Assembly (NCBI GenBank): GCA_964487545.1
Contig: CAZARI010000007.1
Coordinates: 19,634-83,633, forward strand
Length of the DNA stretch: 64,000 bases
Direction: 5' to 3'
Source: an uncultured Cryomorphaceae bacterium
Lineage (GTDB): Bacteria; Bacteroidota; Bacteroidia; Flavobacteriales_D; SKUL01
Shown here: positions 56,977-64,000 of the stretch, piece by piece
Layout of the letters: every line of letters starts with the position of its first letter
Numbering within the stretch: position 1 is the first letter of the stretch
The notes under the pieces: model-generated
Told to the model about the DNA's origin: nothing
Database searches by the model: none
Seen by the model: only the letters and a program-made list of their open reading frames with translations
Program-made: the position numbers and the translations under genes

Positions 56977-58587
56977 TTACTTCTTCACAAACTTAAACCG
57001 CGCTTTTGGCTGTCCATCCTTTAGCAGGTGACCGAAGTACATTCCGGAAGAAAGAAATGTAACATCCAGCTGATGACGCGTTCCGGAAAGCGATTGATTA
57101 TATACCGGTTTGCCGGTAATATCATAAACAGTCACAGCATCGGTATTTTCTGCATTGAACCGCAACTGATCATTTGCCGGGACGGGATAAACTGACACTT
57201 CAGAAAGTTCGGACAATTCCCTGACGCTCAAAATTTCACTCACATCGGGAACATAACCAAACTCTTCGGTTCCTTTGCGGTAGCCAACCATGGTGGCCAT
57301 CGAATGGTTTAAACCCGAGTATGTTGCAACACTCAACACGCCCAATCCTTCACCGAAAGCAGTGGCAGAAGAAATATTAGCACAATAAGCTGAAGAAAAT
57401 TCCATAGTAGTAGTATCTCCAATATGAAGAGCGGAACTAAAATTGAAGCCCTGGGTATTAAAAAACTGCTGAAAAACTACTTCGTTCTCAGGATAGCCTG
57501 CCGACATGTCATTTCCAAAGTTTTCTGCCGCGGCGATCAGCGCAGGTGAAAATGCATCACTCCCTCCGATCATCTTGACGGCTCTGGAATTTAAGGTATC
57601 AATATAAACGTTTTTATGATAGCCCGGCCAGCCAAAATCAGACGAAAGCCACAGCAAGTTTTCTTCTTCCATTTCTTCAGCCAAAAAGTAGCTGCCGGGT
57701 ACAGCGTCGGCTATATGAGCTTCTTCAATATTGAGTGCTACACTATATGTTCCTGCGCCAAAAAAAGGAGCGGTTTCAACCAAAATATAATTTCCGGAGA
57801 AATTCTGTAGTTCCCATGTTCTTCGATAGCTGGCACGGTGAAAATCAATATTGATGACTCCATCCCCACTCTCAGTTACACTGGTAATTTCAATCCGCTG
57901 CAATGTCTTTATATACTCATCGCTTGTTGCACTATAATTTTTATAATACACAAACACATCTCCCACTTCAAAATCAAAAATTTCGTGGCGGCCAAGGGGA
58001 TAGGTACCCACTTGCCGATCGGAAATTCCGCTTAAGCTAAAGTCATCTCCCTCGGTTGATTCAAAAGCGATCAAGCCATGATTTTGACTCAATTGAACTG
58101 TTCGGTCATCGCTAAGCCCAATCATTTTTACACTATCGGGTTGGCCCAATACTTCAGTATAAACGATATCCGAAACGGTAGCGGTAATCGTTTCTTCACC
58201 TGTTTCGGCAAAAACCCACGATGCACCGACTGGCGCGAGGGTGTGAATCGAAAAAGTGTCGGGGTTCTGAAACTGAAAGACGCCGTCTTCGGATGGAATG
58301 ACTTCAAACTGCAAAAAGCCGGCTTCTAAAATGGCTGTCTCCGCATCCGGTTCAGAACAAAATATAGACTCTGCCGGTATTTCCGGGTGAATTTCAGCAA
58401 ACAGGTTGGTATACCAAACCGTATCCCCTTCTACCATCGCCACAGAATCTACCCGAATCCCTGTCAAATCCGCTCCGCCGGAATCGAAATAAAAAGTTTC
58501 ATCGACATTCAATGGACTCCAGTTTTGAGCGCTGAGGACATTACCAATTAAAAGGGAAAACAGGAAAAGGATAAAATTAGTTTTCAT
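56977..58587 (-). CDS. T9SS type A sorting domain protein, function unknown
   Basis: Start MKTNFILF, signal peptide ending AQ-NW, acidic beta-rich body, CTD VYPVPAND...LSSGMYF...KFVKK. Confidence 0.85.
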   Translation of the reverse strand: MKTNFILFLFSLLIGNVLSAQNWSPLNVDETFYFDSGGADLTGIRVDSVAMVEGDTVWYTNLFAEIHPEIPAESIFCSEPDAETAILEAGFLQFEVIPSEDGVFQFQNPDTFSIHTLAPVGASWVFAETGEETITATVSDIVYTEVLGQPDSVKMIGLSDDRTVQLSQNHGLIAFESTEGDDFSLSGISDRQVGTYPLGRHEIFDFEVGDVFVYYKNYSATSDEYIKTLQRIEITSVTESGDGVINIDFHRASYRRTWELQNFSGNYILVETAPFFGAGTYSVALNIEEAHIADAVPGSYFLAEEMEEENLLWLSSDFGWPGYHKNVYIDTLNSRAVKMIGGSDAFSPALIAAAENFGNDMSAGYPENEVVFQQFFNTQGFNFSSALHIGDTTTMEFSSAYCANISSATAFGEGLGVLSVATYSGLNHSMATMVGYRKGTEEFGYVPDVSEILSVRELSELSEVSVYPVPANDQLRFNAENTDAVTVYDITGKPVYNQSLSGTRHQLDVTFLSSGMYFGHLLKDGQPKARFKFVKK

Positions 58588-58762
58588 AATTGTTTGGTTG
58601 AAGTCTTTAAATATAGGACTTAAAGATATAAACCTCTCCAATTATTTTATCTTAACCATGATTCCTAATTAGCATCTACTCCACCATAACTTTTGCTTTC
58701 GCGGTGCGCAACTGCAAAGATTGAGGAAGAACTGAGTATTTCCGCAATTTCTTTTTCTTCTA

Positions 58763-58980
58763 CTCTTTTGTCTTGGAAACAAAAGAGCCAAAAATTCCCA
58801 GGACGCACCTCGTCACTGCTTTCGATCTTTGCGCAGGATAAGTTCGTTCGGACAAGCTCCCGTGTCGCTTTTCGAACTCTCTAATCCTCCGCTTCGATCT
58901 CTTTTGTTCCGAGCTGGGTCCGGGCGCAATCCGCCAGCGTATATTGAAATTATCCAGGGGGCCAGCGTAAATTTTTCCAG
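58763..58980. other. Multi-stem structured intergenic element (candidate ncRNA or palindromic repeat)
   Basis: Hairpin CTCTTTTGT/ACAAAAGAG (58763-58787); stem CCCAGGAC (58797)/GTCCGGG (58918) enclosing AGGAT (58835)/ATCCT (58884) and AGTTCG (58841)/CGAACT (58873). The 3' boundary is approximate. Confidence 0.55.
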
Positions 58981-58989
58981 ACATCAGTT

Positions 58990-60540
58990 TTATTTACCTT
59001 TCACTACCTTTCCACTCCAAACCACCTCACTACCCGTTACACACCGCAGCACATACATGCCCGCAGGCAGGTGGCCCATTTGCAGGATATAGGTGGTGGC
59101 GCCGAAATTGACTGCTGTAGTGCTGTGGCGGCGGCCGTGCAAATCATACAGCTCCAGTTGTGCACCACGCGGCATCGGGCCGGATTTGAGGTGTACGCTC
59201 AACAGGTCTTGCACGGGGTTGGGATACATGCTTACCAGCACTTCTTCTTCGTGAACTTCTACGTTATCTATCAAGTGACACCCGGGCACCAAACAGCCCA
59301 TGCTATCGGCGCGGAATACCCAAAGGTCCTGACCTGGAATAGAATCCCAAGGTGGGCTGAATATCCAGCCGGTACCTACAAACCAGCCTTCATCGTCTGC
59401 AATCACATCATAAGCCAACTGATGTCCGACTTCTGTAATTGTTGGTGCAATTATGTCGCGCAACCACAATTCGTTTCCATCGGAATCAGTCATTAGCAAA
59501 TAAGCATCCAAACCATTATCGCCAAATCCAGTCGCCAATAAATTGCCATTGGGCATTTCAACCACCTTTCGCAGGTTAGCATAAACCAAAGGCTCTTCCA
59601 AATATTCACGCTCCCAGATTAATTCACCGTCCTGGTCAAGTTTGGCCATATACATTTTACTAAAATTGAATTCAGATGATTGAGAATAATGTGTCCAGCA
59701 ACCGCAAAACACATAATTGCTATCGGCGGTTTGTATCACTTTTGCCGGACAATCATCAAACTCTGACCCAAATACCTCCATCCACTCCTGGTTACCGGCG
59801 CTGTCTGTTTTTACAATGTAGTGATCCCATTTATTCAATGTGCCATAAGACTTGGTATAGCCACCAAGGATGTAGCCGCCGTCGAAGGTGGGGTAAATAG
59901 AAAATAAATGTTCGGACGTACTCCCACCATATTCGTTGAAAGCCAATTCATTTCCATTGCTATCTGTAATGAGCAGAAACCCTTGTGTATCCCCAGAAAT
60001 ACCTGTTGATTTCCCCCCAACCGCAGCCATATTCCCGTTGAACTGTTGTGCCGCAGCCCGACCTATCGTTTGATTTAAAGAATCTCCATAAAACCTAATC
60101 CATTCCATCTCTCCACTTGCATCATATCGACAAAGGGAAATTAAACTTTCAATCCCCACAGAAGAAGGCCAGGCTCTTGAGCCCGAACTCACAAAACCAC
60201 CATCGTGGGTTTTAAAACTGGTGTTGGAATAACCTGTGTATAAGTGACTGTCATCATAGGAGGTTATATAATTATCTACTACTTCGCCTTGTGGATTGAC
60301 AACAGTTCTTCCTAATATCAAATGATCGCCTGACTCTGCCCAAGTTCCTATGAACACCAAATAATTACCATCCTCCATTTGTTCTATGGAGAAACCATTT
60401 TCATATTCATCAAAGTCCATGAAATCGATCCTCAGGTTGAAGTACTGCGCTTCAACCACAGGTGAAAAGAGAAATAAAAAAAGCAGGAATGTTCCTGCCG
60501 CTTTTATACCTATACTACTTAAAAACTTCAAACTTCTCAT
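58990..60540 (-). CDS. T9SS type A sorting domain protein with beta-propeller-like repeats
   Basis: Signal peptide; repeats with (D)GN/GG-Y/F-L-x-x-G and KTD..GN..W..FG; CTD MYPNPVQD...LPAGMYVL...KVVK. Confidence 0.82.
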   Translation of the reverse strand: MRSLKFLSSIGIKAAGTFLLFLFLFSPVVEAQYFNLRIDFMDFDEYENGFSIEQMEDGNYLVFIGTWAESGDHLILGRTVVNPQGEVVDNYITSYDDSHLYTGYSNTSFKTHDGGFVSSGSRAWPSSVGIESLISLCRYDASGEMEWIRFYGDSLNQTIGRAAAQQFNGNMAAVGGKSTGISGDTQGFLLITDSNGNELAFNEYGGSTSEHLFSIYPTFDGGYILGGYTKSYGTLNKWDHYIVKTDSAGNQEWMEVFGSEFDDCPAKVIQTADSNYVFCGCWTHYSQSSEFNFSKMYMAKLDQDGELIWEREYLEEPLVYANLRKVVEMPNGNLLATGFGDNGLDAYLLMTDSDGNELWLRDIIAPTITEVGHQLAYDVIADDEGWFVGTGWIFSPPWDSIPGQDLWVFRADSMGCLVPGCHLIDNVEVHEEEVLVSMYPNPVQDLLSVHLKSGPMPRGAQLELYDLHGRRHSTTAVNFGATTYILQMGHLPAGMYVLRCVTGSEVVWSGKVVKGK

Positions 60541-63500
60541 TGTGCAGTTTGATTTGCTCATGTTGTAATTGATAGATGTAAAGTCCGGAAGCCCATTGTG
60601 AGATATTAATTTCCTGAATTCCTACCTGACCATTTAGCCGCTGCGAGTATAGTCTTACACCTTGTGCATTGTATACCACAAGTTCAACTTTTTCGGCTAT
60701 GATTTCTTCTGGTAATCGCCAGTTTAAATAAACGGCATTTTTTGCAGGGTTTGGATGAACAGAAGCTATCGAATTTGGATTCCGTTCCTTTTTGAGCTTA
60801 TCCTTTTCCAAACTTTTATACCTCATCCCAGGAAGTACTATATCATGTTCAAATTCTGCCAGTCCATAAGTTTCCAATAATGATTGGGCCAGAAAAGCTT
60901 CCGTTGTGGATTTCGAAGCAACATCCATCAATCTACCCTGATGGCGGGCTACTATGGAATCCGGACGAATGGTGTTCTGCAACGCGTCCAGTGCAACCGT
61001 CATCACGCCAACATAGTCATTGCTCCACCGCATATTCGGCGCTTCATTCAGCAAGTCTTCGGCTTTTTGCCATTGCTTCCGCTTCAAGTGATAAGCCATC
61101 AGCATTTTTAATTGTTCACCGCTGGCACCATCCGATAGATAATGAATTATGCTATCGTTTAGGACCAGCAGGCTGTCTTGTCGGATTGCCTGCCTTAGGT
61201 AGTCAGCCCGTGCAGCTTCCATTAAGCCTCCGAAATGCGACAGTTCCATCTCCATCAAGGTAGTATTCGTCATTCCTCCATTCTGTCCGTCTTCTACCAG
61301 TTCGCGATAATACGATGTAACATCTGAATGAGCCAGTGTGTTCATCACCCGCTGAGTCAATGGGCTATTGGCTAATAAAACCTGTGCCAAATGCCATTGG
61401 TTCATTTCGGGATCACGATTGATGGCTTCGATCATTACCTGGTCGGTGACCCTCGGGGAAGCCAGCAACAGTTCGTTCCGCAGATCAAAACTAGAAACGA
61501 AAGGATCATCGATCAAGTCGAGCAGGAATTTCGTATCTCCTCCATTAACGATGTTGCTGTATACATCATAAAGACCGCTCATGATGTCTTGGTTAAGCTC
61601 ATACTTTCCGTTATGCTCACCCAGCACGCCACCGGAGGAGAGATTGCTGGGGCAATGATTTTCATAAATAAATTCATATGGAGAAACTGGCACTGCCACC
61701 ATCGTGCTGGTATTACAATCGGGGCGGGTTTCGTCGTCAGCGAAAGGAATGTATAGCACCGAACTAACAGGTGGAGTATCATCACCAACATAAAATTCAT
61801 TTTCTGTTGTAAATGGTGGGCAGAGCGGTAAAAAGACATTTCCGGCTCCCCCATCATCCACACCCAGTACCCCCTGGTAATGCTGTACTTCACCCTTATT
61901 GGTGAGCGCAATGCTGTAGTTGAGCGGTTCACTGCCCGAACCCAATTTATTGCATTTAAACACTAAACCGTCATATATTCCAGGACCGCGGTTATCGCGC
62001 ATGGCAACGATACCTGCTTCGAGGTTGTTGAATTCATTTCTGTATATTTCATTATGTACATCTCCTGAAGCCATAATAGCAATACCGACGTTTTCTCCAA
62101 AGCCGGTTCCTTCATAGCTATTTTCTTCCACTTCATATCCTGTACAAGCAGCCATGTACATTCCGCGAGGTACGATAGTAGCTGCACCGTCCAAATTGAG
62201 TTCAGAAGCCATTGGTATTTCAAAATTGTTTTGAACAACCTCAACTAAACCTGTGTTACGCAAATGAACTCCTTCGAAGTTTCTTTTGAAATCAGATCCT
62301 GTGATTTCTATATCACCCAGGCTTATTGAGCGTGCACTAACTCCCCAATATAGATCTTCGAAAGTGCAGTTTTTTACTTTGATATCACTATTGGAAGCAT
62401 GAATTCCACGACCTGCATGCAGAATAGGGAAATAATCAGTACGTGTATTTCGGAAAATACAATTTTGAAAGACAATTTTACCAACTCCACTTAGGTACAC
62501 TTGATTGGAAGGGTTCTGTCCACTTTTCAGCTCGTCATTAATTTCAAATGTGGTGTCATGAAATTTTGTGAGGTTGTAGCCTGAAAAATTATAGGGAATT
62601 GCTCTTACAGCGGTTTTGCAATTGATAAATTTTGCTCCGGTAGAACAAACAATATATCCACCAGATGTCGAATAATCGGGGGGGGCACTTTCGGCATATT
62701 TACCTAAACTAACGCCATATTCAGCGTTTTCGACTGAACCTCCATTTTTCATAAATACCCTTCCCTGCATATTAGGATATTGCATTGCATCGGGATTTCC
62801 GATCACTTCAATTCCGCGCCACATACCATCGCAAGCAGCAGTAATTTCACCTCCATTCACAATCAACGTGGCATTAGGTTCTACTTGAATTATAGTTTGC
62901 GCTGCCATTTGCACCACACCTGTTATAGTTAATGTAGCCCCGGCCAAAACATGAATGTCATTTCTATACCTTCTGAAATCATCCCACGTCTCATCATCTG
63001 TAATTTCTATCGGTGTATTTAATTTATCACAAGGAAGATCATTCTCCCAAACGCCTCTTCCAACCGTGGCGACACGAACTTTATTGGAGGCATAATTCAC
63101 TTCCATGCGATTAATGCTACAAAAGGGGAAATTTTCACCATAGGCTAACCACACTTCTTCATTGGCTGCCATTAATTCCTCATTAGAATAAAAAACGCCC
63201 ATATCAGTAGCCACAAAGAAATCCCGGCTCCCCGGAATGACAACTAATTTCGAGGCACTTAAATTGGGGAAGTCGAAAGTCAAATCCTCAATAGTAAAAC
63301 CTTCAGCCTCGATGGTCGCAGGTGAATCTAACAATAAATTATCTCCGTTATAAATGTATTTCGCCACTTTGTGAGATAAACCAGTAGATCCATTTAACGG
63401 AGCATAACCTGCTAATGCATAAAAAATATTATGATCGTCCGGATCTGAAACCACACTTGAAAACCATAGGTCGAGACCTGAAATAGGTTGAGGAATACGG

Positions 63501-64000
63501 AACCATGAATTTTGCGCTTCTGAAGCACTGCCCATTGCTTTATTACATCCGAACAAGTCCCTGGTATTTGTAGCCCCACCTACTTGATTATCGATCCCTA
63601 ATGCTAAAGAAAACACAAGGTTTTCATCTACATCAGAAGGGAAGTTGAGGTATACTCTATCATATTCTTTTGTTCCTATGTCGAAATCACCAGAGGTTAT
63701 ATTTGTCAAATTGAACCATGGACTTCCTGCATCTCCTCTATTATCATGGCGCCACAAATCTGTTTTGGCTACATAAATCGAGGAACTATTGAATGGGTTT
63801 TGCTCTAAATTAACGTACCAGCTATACGATCCAGCTGGTGGATTTACTGAACTTACAGAAGTATTACTCCAGCCATCGACATTCTTCTTTGGGGATGCAC
63901 CTTGTGTTGTAACATAGCTTATGTCAGGATTCTCAGAATCAATGAGACATTCTTGCCCATCACCACCACGAACAGTTTTCCAATCCGGCACCCAGTCAGG
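60515..64000 (-). CDS. Large T9SS protein: BNR/VPS10-like propeller, right-handed beta-helix, helical region and CTD (5' end outside the window)
   Basis: The frame is open to the window edge. GGDGQECLID, VATDMGVF and ATVGRGVWE are propeller motifs; parallel beta-helix repeats (I..C.F.DL..GV.A, NNFE, RNEFNN); CTD VHPNPA...WASGLYIY...KFEV. Confidence 0.82.
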   Translation of the reverse strand, partial: PDWVPDWKTVRGGDGQECLIDSENPDISYVTTQGASPKKNVDGWSNTSVSSVNPPAGSYSWYVNLEQNPFNSSSIYVAKTDLWRHDNRGDAGSPWFNLTNITSGDFDIGTKEYDRVYLNFPSDVDENLVFSLALGIDNQVGGATNTRDLFGCNKAMGSASEAQNSWFRIPQPISGLDLWFSSVVSDPDDHNIFYALAGYAPLNGSTGLSHKVAKYIYNGDNLLLDSPATIEAEGFTIEDLTFDFPNLSASKLVVIPGSRDFFVATDMGVFYSNEELMAANEEVWLAYGENFPFCSINRMEVNYASNKVRVATVGRGVWENDLPCDKLNTPIEITDDETWDDFRRYRNDIHVLAGATLTITGVVQMAAQTIIQVEPNATLIVNGGEITAACDGMWRGIEVIGNPDAMQYPNMQGRVFMKNGGSVENAEYGVSLGKYAESAPPDYSTSGGYIVCSTGAKFINCKTAVRAIPYNFSGYNLTKFHDTTFEINDELKSGQNPSNQVYLSGVGKIVFQNCIFRNTRTDYFPILHAGRGIHASNSDIKVKNCTFEDLYWGVSARSISLGDIEITGSDFKRNFEGVHLRNTGLVEVVQNNFEIPMASELNLDGAATIVPRGMYMAACTGYEVEENSYEGTGFGENVGIAIMASGDVHNEIYRNEFNNLEAGIVAMRDNRGPGIYDGLVFKCNKLGSGSEPLNYSIALTNKGEVQHYQGVLGVDDGGAGNVFLPLCPPFTTENEFYVGDDTPPVSSVLYIPFADDETRPDCNTSTMVAVPVSPYEFIYENHCPSNLSSGGVLGEHNGKYELNQDIMSGLYDVYSNIVNGGDTKFLLDLIDDPFVSSFDLRNELLLASPRVTDQVMIEAINRDPEMNQWHLAQVLLANSPLTQRVMNTLAHSDVTSYYRELVEDGQNGGMTNTTLMEMELSHFGGLMEAARADYLRQAIRQDSLLVLNDSIIHYLSDGASGEQLKMLMAYHLKRKQWQKAEDLLNEAPNMRWSNDYVGVMTVALDALQNTIRPDSIVARHQGRLMDVASKSTTEAFLAQSLLETYGLAEFEHDIVLPGMRYKSLEKDKLKKERNPNSIASVHPNPAKNAVYLNWRLPEEIIAEKVELVVYNAQGVRLYSQRLNGQVGIQEINISQWASGLYIYQLQHEQIKLHNEKFEVFK

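Noticed and set aside
58760-58984. 74-aa minus-strand ORF (MSGKIYAG...)
   Set aside because: It coincides with the structured element, has no recognisable domain and is probably a by-product of GC-rich stems.
60483-60498. Perfect 7-bp palindrome GCAGGAA-TG-TTCCTGC
   Set aside because: It lies in a signal-peptide coding region, has a 2-nt loop and no U tract, and is short enough to be chance.
1-64000. CRISPR array, rRNA or tRNA genes
   Set aside because: Reading by eye found no regularly spaced repeats, rRNA signature or cloverleaf; tRNAscan and CRISPR finders were not run.

Overview
This 64-kb window comes from a Bacteroidota genome, most likely Flavobacteriales (inferred from gldH, type IX secretion (T9SS) C-terminal sorting domains and TAnnTTTG promoter boxes). 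It is mostly housekeeping genes: hflX, lysS, lipB, scoAB, PBP1a-gldH-ricT-holB, pgk, pheS, pyk, rnc-fabF-acpP, purN, rnhA, LPS glycosyltransferases, ctpA-rnpA-hemD and hemA-hemCD. Two accessory regions are rich in T9SS cargo. Region 1 (about 22.2-28.8 kb, between pgk and cvpA) holds a phage tail-fibre-like protein with an S74 autocleaving chaperone and a T9SS signal, translationally coupled to a partner T9SS gene. A divergent XRE repressor gene there is split by a complete IS66 (17-bp TIRs, perfect 8-bp TSD), and two out-of-frame relics of paralogous fibre N-termini follow it. Region 2 (about 53.8-64 kb) holds a discoidin/PNGase F-like protein bracketed by two inverted copies of a structured repeat resembling the Flavo-1 RNA motif, a separate ~220-nt structured intergenic element and three more T9SS genes. 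Other oddities are an in-frame TGA in a CotH-T9SS gene, a four-Cys insert in PBP1a and a HemC-HemD fusion alongside a stand-alone HemD. I saw no tRNA, rRNA or CRISPR array. Family assignments rest on motif recognition by eye, not on database searches.
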